From: Octopus vulgaris
Taxonomy: Eukaryota
Assembly: GCA_951406725.2 (NCBI GenBank)
Contig: OX597815.1
Coordinates: 53,630,001 to 53,694,000, forward strand
Direction: 5' to 3'
Length of the DNA: 64,000 bases
This document shows, piece by piece, positions 28,061 to 41,214 of this stretch. The notes beneath the pieces are model-generated. The model was not told the origin of the DNA. It saw only the letters and a program-made list of their open reading frames with translations, and made no database searches. The position numbers and the translations under genes are program-made. The first letter of the stretch is position 1. The number at the start of each line of letters is the position of its first letter.

Positions 28061-28289
28061 CTTTTTATAAAAGCAGCAGAAATATTACAAAAGTTGTTAC
28101 TCAGAGTTTCACGTTCTCGTTCGTCGGACAGAAATAACGATATAATAAAAAGTAGTTAAAGGATACATCATTTTTAAAGGTACATTGCATTTATAAAGGC
28201 GCTGCTTTTAAATAAAGCAAATTACTCTACCTCTGATATTTGAGTACTCTTTTTTCCACCTTGTTTCATATTTATGTGCTTACTCCGGT
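28061..28289 (-). mobile_element. Short TA-embedded element with degenerate minimal hammerhead
   Basis: Minus strand 28095-28130: UGU-CCGACGA-ACG-AGAA-CGU-GAAA-CUCUGAG-UA/ACA (U4 changed to C); short inverted repeat TAAAAGCAGC / GCTGCTTTTA. Confidence 0.6.
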
Positions 28290-28314
28290 ATATATACATG
28301 TTTATGTATATATG

Positions 28315-28358
<44 letters not shown>

Positions 28359-28663
28359 TTTATATATGTATGTATTTCTATATGTATGTATATAAATATC
28401 TATCTCTCTATATATATGTATGTATATATATATATATGTATTTATGTATGTATATATATATGTATGTATATATATATGTGTGTGTGTGTGTATGCATATG
28501 TATATGTATATATTTATATTTGTATATATGTATATATACATATATATGCGTGTATATATGTATGTATATATGTATATATGTATATATATGTATTTATATA
28601 TATATTATATATATACGAAGATGTACATGCAAGTCTATCTATTTGTGTGTGTGAATGTATATA

Positions 28664-28734
<71 letters not shown>

Positions 28735-29665
28735 CAAACACACACACACACACTCTCATGTTATGTATAAGTAATACATAAGTTATGTATAAGTAATCAT
28801 GTAGCCATGCGTACATGCACACGCCTGTGCAAACGCGCAAACACATAAATACTCCTCTGCAATGAAATACACGTTTATATCTCAATATATTCGTACGCGT
28901 CTTTTTATGCATTTATGATTATATATTATATATCAGTTCTGTTAAAAACGACTATTCCTATTCCCCTCTCATTTAGCATAAATGTCCAGTTTAGATGTTA
29001 TTCATCTGAATTTGACACATCGATTCCATTATTACTTCAAGCGAAATAAGTCCATTTTGTTAAAGGTATCGCCATGCTTCTTATTTTCACTTCCTTCATT
29101 ATTTTCACGAATATATTTTTAATTCCGATCTTTTTGAAACTTCTTTTCCCTTCACTTTAACTGTTTTACTCTCTCGTTCTTATGTCATTCTCTGGAAGTA
29201 GGTGAATGAATAGTTGTGTGGTTAAAACGTTCGTTTTGCAACTACGTTGGATTTGGGTTCAGCTATGCCGCGTGGCGACTAAGATAAGAGTCTTCTACTG
29301 TATCTTCGTCCCGGCCAATACGTTGCGCGAGAGAATTTGATAGAAAGAAAATGTATGGATGTTTATACACACACACACATACACATATACCCCAATAATT
29401 ACCAAAGAACCATGCATAAATGTACGTAGGTTCAAGGGAAGATTGCAAATAGCTCTATAAGGAAATAGAGATGTGTAAATCTCCGTTGTCCTGATCTTTA
29501 TTAATTTCATTATTTTCTTTCCGGAAACTATGCAGTTCCTAAAAGGACATTCAGATTTACCAAGTGAGCATAATAACCGAGTCTAGTAAATTATCACTAA
29601 CTCGAGTATCACCAGCATTGGCTGTGGTTGGCCGTCAATATAAGAGTTAACATGGTAACCGCCAA

Positions 29666-29703
<38 letters not shown>

Positions 29704-29944
29704 GCGTGTGTGCGTGTGTGTTGTTTGTTTGCTTGTTTGCCCCACACCACCGCTAGACAAACGGTGTGTTTACGTACCCAAAATTTAGTGGCTCGGCAAA
29801 CGAGATCGATAAAATAAGTACCAAGCTTAAAACGTAAAAATTAGTGCGGTCGATTCATTTGAATAAAATTCTTCAAGGCAGTACCCCAGTATGGCCGTAG
29901 TCTAATGTCTGAAACACCTAAAAGAATATCTGTTATGTATGTAT

Positions 29945-30484
29945 GTTTGTATACGTGCAGATTTGCATTTTGTTTTGTTTTATGTATGTATTCTCATGCA
30001 TTTAGTTGTATATCTAGACATGCTGATATATACTTAAATCATAAACTTCTGGAAAGTTTTGCAGATTTTTACTGTTCCAGTGATGGATTGGATCTGTAGT
30101 TTTCGAATCAGTTGTCTTTTTTATAATTCCTAAAGATTAGTATTTAGGCAGTTACATAAACCAGTGCCCCAATAATTATAGATTACTCGTAATCCCGATA
30201 GAGTAACTGCAGATTTGGTATTCTCTTTTTCACTGATTTTCAATTATGTTAATATCTGCTGGGCAGCTGATTTCCACCACTGTACACAGTTTCTCTTCCT
30301 AATCCCAAATCATTATATCAGGTCTATTGTATTTACATTTTATTGAGGTATTCGCTAGGACATTCCACCAGTACTCCTTTTTATTATGAGTGGCTATGAC
30401 TTCTACCATATTGTGGGTTCTTATTTCTTTGTCCTCGGAGTTATCCTTCCGACGGATTTTGTAATATCGTGTCCTATTTACATC

Positions 30485-30485
<1 letters not shown>
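29945..30485 (-). mobile_element. 3' fragment of an RLE-type (R4/R2-like) non-LTR retroposon next to a (TATG)n tract
   Basis: KEYWWNV...KYNRPDIMIWD*EEKLCTVVEISCP (PD..E nuclease motif) and C-terminal LQIQSITGTVKICKTF. Confidence 0.8.
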
Positions 30486-30515
<30 letters not shown>

Positions 30516-30889
30516 TGTATGTATGTATGTATGTATGCATGTATGTATGTATGTATGTATGTATGTATGCATGTATGTATGCATGTATGTATGTATGTAT
30601 GCATGCATACATTTATGTATGTATGTGTGTATGTATGTATACATGCTTGCATGTATGCATGTATATATGTATGAATGTATGTATGTGTTTGTGCATGCAT
30701 ACACGATAGTGCTTAACACCGAATTCGGTGGATACCTGTTCCTTATTTGTAGATTAACAACGCAGTGTTAATTCACAAATAAATTATTCCATAGCTATTT
30801 CTTCTTTTTCTCATTATTGTTATTAGCGCGACGAGCTGACAAAATTGTTAGCGAACAGCACAAAATGTTTACCGGCATTTCGTCGCTCA

Positions 30890-32515
30890 GAAGGCCAAGA
30901 TGCTACTTTTGTGGTGACCAAGGCTACCTTGTGGTGACCAAGGCCACTTTCACCAGCACTACCACCTCAAACACCACCCCAATGTGAGACACAGACTCCA
31001 CAAGCACTACCAACCTAAGAAGAGGCAACCGGCCCTTCTGCCGACACCAGAACCGGGGGGCACCTCCTGTACAGTAGCAGCATAAACAGCCGCAGCAGAA
31101 ACCAGTGGTCATCCAAACACCAACACCATCACCACAAGCTGCAGCAGCAACAGCTACGCCGCTTCCAGCCGTCGCCAGGGCACCATCAGCACCACCAACA
31201 AAGACCCTATCCGGAATACCACCTCCACCAGTAGCAGTAACACCACCTCCACCAGTAGCAGTAACACCACCACCACCAACAGCTACTATATCAGTAATAG
31301 CAGCAACAGATGAATCCTAACAAAACCAATACCCAGAAAAAATCCCCCTTCCCCACCCAACCAACTCGGACTGTTCGAGTACTGAGGTCGAGAGTGGGAA
31401 GTGGCAGACAGTCCCCCCACCAAAAAAAGACAAACTAGACTCAAGAGACAGTAGAAGAGAAAGGGGGAGGCGCGAAGAAGCGGAACTTCCCAACAACAGC
31501 AACACACACACACAACAACCAACAACAACAACACCGCCTTTACCAGCACTACCACCTCAAACACCAACACAATGTGCGACACAGACTCCACAAGAACCAC
31601 CAACTTCACAGCTATCAGCACAGACGACATACACCTAATAACATATCTACGTAACAATTCAAACACATTTTCTTCACAACTCACAATGCACCACCATCAC
31701 ACATACAAATTGTAAATCTCACCCAAAACACATACACCACATTGAAAAGAAACTTCCCAAATGCTGTTGGGCCCTTCCAAAAGACATTCTCAAAAAGACT
31801 TTTTAAAAACCTCGTGGAAACCGCCACACCAAAGACCAAGGGGAGGGGAACCCTACCAGACAACAGTGGTAAGTAGAACTCTTTGTCCTAAATGTTTATT
31901 TTTAGCATGGTGATGCTCTGAATAGGTTGCATAAATGTTAGGGGCCTCGGGTCGCCTTCGAAACAAGGTCACTTTTAAATGACCTGAGTTCCTTTAGTGT
32001 AGACGTAGCCGCCATTAGTGAATCTAGACAATCCGACCCACGGAACCTCATCACCCTTTTCGGTGTCGGCCGGGAGGGGGCGGTACTGGTACTGTGGTGC
32101 TTTCCGGAAAGTTCTGAATTTGGAAATAAGGCAGTCTTCCAGGATCCAGAAGGTAAGTTGGTAGTCCTAGATGAGAACAGCAGTAACGGTAGTCCTAGAT
32201 GCGAACAGCAGTGCCTTCAGACCGGTGGCTGCCTATGCTCCGGCAGGTGCAGGGCGGTCTGATTACTTCAATCAAGCGTCTGGAGGTTTTCCTGGGAACG
32301 TCTCGGACTTTAGTGTTAGTAGGGGATTGGAACACTGTCTTAGATGGACATCTCGATTGGGTGGGCGTATCTGATAGGAGAGTGGGGGTAAAAAAGCCTC
32401 AAAAACCTGCTCAAACGTTTTCGATTGTCTGACAGGTACCAAGCAGATTACCCGAATCTGCCAATATCAACTTGGACAAATCGTATCGGGTCATCTAGAT
32501 CGTATTTAGAGTTTT
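30890..32515 (+). mobile_element. Tx1/L1-clade LINE fragment: Pro/Thr-rich ORF1 remnant plus AP endonuclease
   Basis: From about 31908: IGCINVRGL...DVAAISESR, DPEGKLVVLD, VAAYAP, LVGDWNTVLD, TWTNRIGSSRSYL; stops and frameshifts present. Confidence 0.85.
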
Positions 32516-32597
32516 CTGTAGCCCAGTGGATAAGAGTAGTATAGGTTGTCCACAATTTCACTTAGTACACAGTCTATAAACAGGTAACAAGTACGTG

Positions 32598-32650
<53 letters not shown>

Positions 32651-32757
32651 AAAATGCGTATTGATCGGTACATTGCTTTTAATTGAGAATACTTTGAAGG
32701 CACGAAAAGTGTAAGCAAAATTCTGGTTTCGTTTGGGTACCCTATCGTATGTATGTC

Positions 32758-35700
32758 TCTCTATATATAAAACTGTGAATGTGTGTCAGTCTGTCTGTGT
32801 GCTTTCCTAAAACTTGCGAACTACACAACTAATTTCATTCAAATTTTACACATGCCTTTCGTAAGGTCCGAGGAGTGTCATCGGCAAAAAATCTTAACTT
32901 TTCCCTAGGGCGACCCCACAACAATATCATATCTTCTCCACTATTTCAGTATTACGTGTTAAAAGTGAAACAAAAACATCTCTCTTTTGTCATACTGAAA
33001 CTATTAAAGTGAAAGTATTATATGACAGGGATAAACCATTAACAAGTGGTCATCCATTTTGCCAGAAGAAGATCCGCTATGGTCTTATATGCTACACCAC
33101 TGGTTTTCAATTCATATTAATCAAATTAATATTCAATTTTTCACCCTTATTATGTGTGTGTGTGTGTGTGTATTAGCAATTCGTATAAAATTGCATCAAT
33201 GACTTGAACTTGAATAAGTGGTTTCACATAAATGGGGATAAATTAAAAAAGTTTGTTGTTTTTATTATTACTGTTTGACTATTGTAATCACGTTTGTTGG
33301 TTCCTCGTCAGGGAAACGTTGTTGTGTTGAATTTGTTAAATAATTGTAAACCGTAACCCTCCCCCTTTCGGAAACGGGGCTTTGGTTATTGTTTAAAAAT
33401 TGAATTGTGTCCCTGTTTGGGGAAATTGACAATATTTTCACCGTTTTTGTTAAAATGCCTTCGATAGAAGAAAGTCCGAAAATGAATTTCGCTGCAGCCG
33501 TACACTTCTATACAAGAGGGAGGACAAGATCTAATTGATCGAAATTGCAAGAGACGGGCCTACAATTCCAGTCTGTTATATATTTTGAGTATTGTTATCA
33601 CTAGCGATATCAAGATAAAACTTTGTATTTTGTATTTTATGTGTAGATGTATATATATAGATGTACATGTAATATGTACACACATATAATGCACATATAT
33701 ACATGCACAATATATCTACCCATACACACATACGTACACACACACACACACACCCATAGGTGTGGCTGTGTGGTAACAAACTACGTTCCAAGCACATGGC
33801 CCTGGCTTCAGTCCCACTGTGTGGTGACTTGGCATGTGTCTTCTGCTGTAGCCTCAGATCAACAAAAGCCTTCTCAGTGGATTTTGTACATATATACAGG
33901 CATACATACATATATATACATGTATACGTACATATTCGGCATAAACACTCTACCACTACAACTAAAACTGTTGGGAACTCTTTCAAGCCTGCCTTACATT
34001 CGAACCGGAATCTCAACGACCGAGTTTTCCATCTGAAGTTAATCTCTCTCATGGAGCTCATACAAAAAGGGCAAGTCTTTGGGCCCATACAATGTGACAT
34101 GTACACAATCGAGTGACAAAAAAGGGGCCTTCCACATGATCATATCCTGATTTGGCTCTCAGCGAAGATCAATTCCAATGACATCGACAAGATAATCTCT
34201 GCAGAGCTTCCTGATCCAGCTTTAGACAAAGAACTATACGAAATAGTTAAAGCAAACATGGTACATGGTCCATGTGGGCGTGGATTCAACATAAACTCAC
34301 CATGCTTGAAGGACAGCATATGTTCAAAAAGATTTCCAAGGAGGTTCCTACAAGAAACTCAGACAGGTGCTGATGGGTATCCATCATACAGACGCAGAAA
34401 ACCAGAAGACGGACGTTTCACAGCAAATATCGGACAGCACGATATTGATAATAGATAGATTGTTCCATACTGCCCACTCCTGTCAAAGACTTTCAATGTC
34501 CACATCAACGTTGAGTTTTGCAACTCCGTTATATCCATCAAGTACGTTTGCAAATACATAAACAAGGGTTCTGACGCTGCAATGTTTGGACTTCAACAAG
34601 AATACTGCCAGGATGAGATGACGCATTATCAGGTGGGACGGTACATAAGTAGCAACGAGGCTTTCTGGCGCATCTTTGGCTTTCCAATTCACCCATTCAA
34701 CAGCTTGCAGTGCACCTGGAAAATGGTCAAAGAGTGTACTTCACCGATGCTAATGCTTCTCTGTTGGCAGAGGAACCAAGGGATAGCACACGCACTGCAT
34801 TCTTTAAGCTTTGTCAAGTGGATCCATTCGCTCAAACCTTGCTGTATCCACAGATTCCATCGAAATACACTTCGAATGGAAAAAAATTGGCCCCACGGAA
34901 AGCAGGTCAAAATGTTCATGGATACCCTGGCATTAAGTTTCACACTTACCATGGGCGAGTATACACAGTGCATTCCACTCAACAAGAGTGCTTCTACCTT
35001 CGTCTACTACTGCATGAGGTCAGAGGACCAACGTCTTTCCAGGCCCTAAAAACCGTTCATGGACATGTCTGCACAACATACAGAGAAGCCTGCTATCGAC
35101 AAGGTCTGTTAGAAGATGGTGCACAATGGGATGCAACTTTAGGAGAGGCTGTTTTATCACATTTGCAGTATTACTATTTGCAGTATTACTACAGGCATGC
35201 GAACTGTGTGATCCGGCCACTCTATGGCTCAAATATAGAGACAACATGGCTGAAGACTTTCAGCGCCAAGCCCAACTGCTCTATCCTGACATGGAGAGTA
35301 TCAGCAATGAAATCTATAACAAAACACTCATTGACATTGAAGACATAATTGCTAAACTGGGTGGAAATGAATTGTCGACGTATGGCCTGCCACAAGCATT
35401 CAGGTCAGGGTCAAATAGCCTTCCCACTGCTGTCATTCGTGAAACAACCTACGACACTCAAGCGTTTTCAAAGTACATTGTTGACAATGAGCCTAAATTA
35501 CTTCTGGACCAGCTGCAGGCCTACAGAACTATTCTTTACAGTGTACGCCAACGCGAGGGACGAATCTTCTTCCTCGATAGGAAAAACATTTATTACAAAG
35601 CTTCTCCTTGCAGAAGTTAGGCAGCATCAGGACATTGCAGTAGCTGAAGCCTCCTCTGGTATTGCAGCTACTTTGTTACCCGGTGGCAGGACAGCACACT

Positions 35701-36719
35701 CAACTTTTAAACTCCCTCTCAATTTAGCAGCATCCGAAATGCCTTCATGCAACATCAACAAAAGCTCAGATCAGGGACAAGTACTTAAAATGTGTCATCT
35801 AATTATCTGGGATGAGTGCACTATGACTCACAAGGGAGCTTTGGAAGCATTAGATAGAGCCCTGAAAGACATCCGAGACTGTAACGCTTCTGTTGTCAGG
35901 TGATTTCAGGCAAACTCTTCCTGTCATTTCGAAAGGCACTAGAGCAGATGAAGTCCAAGCATGCCTTAAGTCCTCTACCCTGTGGCATCATGTTACAATC
36001 CTCAGTCTCACCACTAACATGAGAGCTCAGCTACACGGCGACAAAATGTCCACAAAGTTTGCACAGGACATTTTGATACTTAGTGAAGGCAAGATGCCTC
36101 TCGATGCTGCAGGACAAATAGAAGTGTGGTCATTTTCCTCTGTTGTTTATTCTGTAGATGACCTCAAAAACAAAGTCTTTCCCAACTTCACACAAAACTA
36201 CCAAAATCACAATTGGCTGTGTGAAAGAGCAATATTAGCTCCAAGAAACGTCGCTGTTAACAAAATTAATCAACAGCTAATGCATTCTCTTCCCGGCACT
36301 ATACACACTTACAAGTCTGTTGATACAATTCCAGATATAAATTAAGTTGTGAACTATCCTCCTGAATTTCTCAATTCACTGGAGCCTCCTGGACTACCTC
36401 CACACATATTAGCACTTAAAGTTGGAACTCCTGTAATGCTACTCTGCAATCTGGAACCACCAAGACTTTGCAATGGAACACAACTGGTGAGAAAGGAAAT
36501 GATGTCACACATTATCGAGGCGATCATTCTTTCTCTATGTGGAAAAGGTCATGACGTCTTTATTCCAAGAATTCTTCTTACTCCATCAGGAGCAGAAATT
36601 CCATTTACATTCAGAAGACTGCAATTCCCCCTTCGTGTCAGCTTTGCCATGTCCATCAACAAATCTCAGGGTCAAACCCTCTCTGTAGCTGGTCTTCTCT
36701 TGGAAAAGCAAGGCTAGTT
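32758..36719 (+). mobile_element. Helitron (defective)
   Basis: Typical 5' end TCTCTATATATAAAA followed by TGTCTG repeats; Rep-Hel pseudogene inside; candidate CTAG end at 36716-36719 with no evident hairpin; SINE head inserted near 33758-33885. Confidence 0.85.
34012..36717 (+). pseudogene. Helitron Rep (HUH-Y2) / PIF1-like helicase pseudogene
   Basis: E*QKRGLPHDHILIWL (34111-34158), [77 protein letters not shown]; several stops and frameshifts. Confidence 0.96.
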
Positions 36720-36962
36720 GTCTCCTGTTTATACGAACTAACTTTTCAAATTTTACTGCGCAGACGCAGTCATTCGCTGGCTACAAAGAATGTAAATGTT
36801 TTTAATTTCCAAATTTATTCCTGTCGAATTTTATCCGTTATTTTTGTGGCTTACAGAACCTAGCTGTTCTCTCTAGCGTGTTGAATTCCCTACAAGTGGA
36901 TTCCTTACGTGTTTAAATATACACTATATCGTATATATATATAATATATGTATGTATGTATG

Positions 36963-37195
36963 TGGAGATGCGTGGCTTAGTGGTTAGGATGTCAGTATCA
37001 TGATCGTAATATTGTGATTTCGAATCCTGGACCTGGCGACGAGTTGTGTTCTTGAGCAAAACACTTCATTTCACGTTGCTCCAGTCCACTCAGCTGGCAA
37101 AAACGAATAACGCAGCGGGGGTGGGGGGACACATACGCCACAGAAACCGGGAAACCGGGCCCATGAGCCTGGCTAGGCTTGAAAGGGGCGAAAAA
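36963..37195 (+). mobile_element. tRNA-derived SINE, family D-type
   Basis: TGGCTTAGTGGTTAGG A box, TTCGAATCC B box, TGTGTTCTTGAGCAAAACAC core. Confidence 0.85.
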
Positions 37196-37404
37196 AATAT
37201 ATATGTATGTATGTATGTGTGTGTGTATATGTATATATATACTAATATATATCTTCCTAGTGAAAATAATCAAGGGTGCCCAATGATCGTTTCAATCATG
37301 TGTTGAGGTCACAAATCGATGACAATAGACGTTATTGTTTATTGGTCCATACATCAGCACCAATCGGCTGTGATGTGCTAATAATATTCTTATTTCTTCC
37401 CCTG

Positions 37405-37720
37405 TAACACCGTCGGTTACGACGACGAATGTACCAGTTTATCCAATCAACTGAACAGACTGCTCGTGAAATTAACGTGGAAGTGGCCGAACGTTCCATA
37501 GACACGAATACACTTAACGTAGTTCTTGGGAAATTCAGCATGACATAAAATGTAACAAGTCTAGCCCTTCGAATTACAGGTACAACTTCTTTTTACAAGT
37601 TTAATGAACTCGAGAAACGTGAAAAGTGTCTTGCTCCAGGACAAAACACACCTCCAGGAATCGAACTACGGCTGTATGAGAGTGAGCCGAAACACCATAA
37701 CCACTAAGCTACGCGCCTTC
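37405..37720 (-). mobile_element. tRNA-derived SINE, family D-type with long body
   Basis: Minus-strand head GGCGCGTAGCTTAGTGGTTA...GTTCGATTCC; body resembles 39200-39330 and 40500-40600. Confidence 0.75.
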
Positions 37721-38755
37721 ATATCTTATGATATTAAATTATATATAAACAGTAATATACTGTGATATAGACGTAAACATATTGTAATATATTTGTAATA
37801 TCTTGTGATGGACACTTAACATACTTATTTATATACCTGTAATTACTGCGATATACAAGTAATATACTGTAATATGCTTGTATCATTGTTTTATATCAGC
37901 AAGGAAGAAGCTTGAACAAGAACATAGGAAAGTGATAAATAGGCCAAGTATGGTGGTGGTGACGATGAAGATGGAGTGAAGTCGTAGAAGTAATATGATT
38001 CATGAATTGATGTATGTTCGTAGGAGGAAAGTAAATTTAAAGACTTGGTCGACTTCGAAGAACTGCAAGTGTTTGAAGTGGTTAGACTACTAAGGACAAA
38101 AATTGTGCAGAGAAAATCCCTCAGACAGTAAATATTAAATAAAATATAAATCAACGTTTTGTGCTTTGTCAAAATAAGCTACCACTGCGAAGTTAGAGAT
38201 ATTGGTAACAATATATGTTTTAAGAGGAAAAATGATGTGAATTATCTTGAATTTCGATATAGAGAACACGTTGACATTATGATGTATGAGGAGAATAAAT
38301 ACTTGTGATTTTTTAAATCTGTGTATTTGGTTGAATGGATGTGTGCATGCAAGTGAGTGTTTTTCTACGTATAATTGCATACATATGTGTACGCACAAGT
38401 GTGTACTGAAGTATGTGTGTGCTGAAGTATATACATATGTATTCATGTATATGGGTGTATGTTTATGTGCATGTCTGTGCATGCAGTCTGTTTAACTGTG
38501 AATGAGCCAGAGTGTGTGTTGGTGCATATGCATAAGTGTTTTTGTATATGCGTGTATGAGCATGAGTACATTAAGCCGCATGCATTTATACTTGTGTGGT
38601 TAACAGTCTGTATATGTATGTGGGAGTTTTATGCCTATGTAGGTATATGTTTATGTGAATATGAATGTTTTTATGCGTATATATTTACATAAGTGTGAAT
38701 ATTTATCAGTGTGTTTTTATCAGTGTGTTTTTATGCACTTGTGAAGATGTGTGGT

Positions 38756-38791
<36 letters not shown>

Positions 38792-38842
38792 GTGCGTGTG
38801 TGCGCGCGCGCATATGTTTATTTATCTGTTTTTATGCATATA

Positions 38843-39041
38843 CGATGGGGTGCTGTAAAGTTCCTGGCTTTAAGGGTATCGCAAAACACCTTTCGAGTTC
38901 TCTTACAGGGCTTAGGAAAACTGAAGGAACACAGCAATAAGTATGTGAATCTGAGAGGGGAATATACTGAATAAAATCATAATTCACTGATCCACCTGAA
39001 TTTCCTTTTACTCAAAGCCAGGAACTTTTCAACACCCATCT
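38843..39041 (+). mobile_element. Mariner-derived MITE (about 200 bp)
   Basis: TIRs GATGGGGTGCTGTAAAGTTCCTGGCTTT / AAAGCCAGGAACTTTTCAACACCCATC with TA flanks; retains transposase C-terminus GLGKLKEHSNKYVNLRGEYTE*. Confidence 0.85.
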
Positions 39042-40627
39042 TATATGAACGAGTAGTTAAGAAGTTCGCTTTACAATCATGAAGTCTTGTGTTCGATTCC
39101 ACTGCGTAGCATCTTTAGCATTATCTCATATCGATTCAAGACCAATCGCTGAAACAAGGCAGGTGGAAACCGTGTGAAAGACTGTACCTGTAATATAAAG
39201 GGTGAGCCTTGTCACACTGTGTGACGCCGGTTCTACTTTAGAATTAGATTAAGAATACGAGCTACTTGCACTATAAATCCATAGTTAAGCAGTTCATTTG
39301 ATCAAGCACTTATAACACGCATCGTCGAAATCGCCGGAAATCCAATTACTTGACTTTTTTGCCTGTCTATTCAATTATGTGTGACGCCAGAAAACATCTC
39401 TTGCAAGCATATGCTGACACGATTTTGAGACAAATCGGTGTTGTCTTACGCCTCTCTGTTATTTCAGGCGTACACTTTGACCCGGGTTACATAACTGATC
39501 CTTATGGTTATTAATTATTCGGACCGGATATCATTTATTAGACAATTTATGACCCGGATCATTTGAACAACGAAACCCCTCAACACTTCAAATCTCAACC
39601 CTTCAACCCTTCCACTCTTCCACTCTTCCACTCCCACAGCAACCCTCGAATGCAATGCACGCATTACCTATTAAGTATTGCTGTCAGATATCTGCCCAGA
39701 AGAGGGGGACAAAATAACAATAACAACAACAGCAGCAGCAACAACAAAATCAACATCAAAAACAACAACAACAACAATAGCAACGACAGCAGCAGCAGCT
39801 ACAGCAAAAAACAAGAATAAACATACAAAAGAGAAAAGAAAAAAAAAACGTTGAGACGTGCACGCCTTTCGCTGACGTGACTGTATCATGTTGCAGGGCT
39901 GCAGGTAGAGATGATACTGATCTTTTGCCTCGATCGGTAGTCGGCACCTGACGTAGTTGTTCATACTTGGCTGATGGATAAGAGTATCACAAGCCTATTT
40001 GCCATAGCGGTCACGTCACGAACAGGTGATAAGACCTCGGAAGAAGTTGAAATAAAAGAGGGAAGGAAGACGAGATAAAAAGAAGTATATAACTAAACTG
40101 TAGCAGCAGCAGCAGCTCTAGTGGCAATCGAAGTAGTAGCAACAGCAACAACAGGCGGTGTGTTAAGTCTAATGCGATGATGATCCTTCTAGTTATGACA
40201 GATATAAAGCGGACTGATAATGTGCATGGCTATAATAGATATTTCACAACTCCAAATGTATGATATTATACAGTGCCTGAAACTGACAAAAGGAAAACAT
40301 AGAAAACACACACACACACACACACATACGCACGGGCGGGTGGGCGCGCGCTTACTCATGCATATCATGGGTAAATGGTACTTAACGTAGCCGTGAGTCG
40401 ACTAATAACGTATGAATGAAATTGGTTCGACGGAAGCTATGTAGAAACCCATCGGATGGACTATAACTAAAAAAGCACAGTCACACAGTCAGGTTAAATT
40501 GATTTAAGAATTGCATTGAGACAACACGTGTCTGAGAACAACTCAGCTATTTCACACATTATTTCAATGTCGTTTGATCGAATAAGCAGAAGCAGACACT
40601 GATACGTTATTCTCAGTGGGCCGTCCA

Positions 40628-40717
<90 letters not shown>

Positions 40718-40789
40718 GCTAGCTAGCTATCCATCCATCCATCCATCCATCCAACCATCCACCCATCCAGCTATCGACTGACGTGTTGT

Positions 40790-41176
40790 CACATCGGCTG
40801 CGAAGGTAATCGTTTATTTTGACTATTTATAGCCCTCATTTTGTGTACATTTTTGTAAATAAGGTGTATAAAGCACCCAACTTTCGTTTGAGTGTTTTTC
40901 CAAGGGAGGAATTCGCCCCTAGGGGCAGTTTCAACTCTAATTAATTTGTATATTTTTCTTCTCGACATTAAAAAAATGTCGAGAAATTTTATTGTCGAAC
41001 GCTGGTCAAATTCCTTCACGGACCAGCATTTCCCTAGCCTTGAAACGCTAGGAGAAAAAAAGAACTCCTGTACGCACAGACATTCGAATAGAACAGACAT
41101 GACCAGCAAGAAATCAAAGACAAACCTGAGTGACGTGGAAATGAACGCTGCAACCACTTTCGTTAACAGCCCTGTC

Positions 41177-41214
<38 letters not shown>

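Noticed and set aside
26624-28912. Long ORFs of YI/HT/CV repeats here and across the window
   Set aside because: Stop-free translations of (TA)n, (CA)n and (TATG)n microsatellites.
32672-32719. TTGCT...GCACGAAAAGTGTA/AGCAA possible decayed hammerhead
   Set aside because: No CUGANGA-like core and poor stem II.
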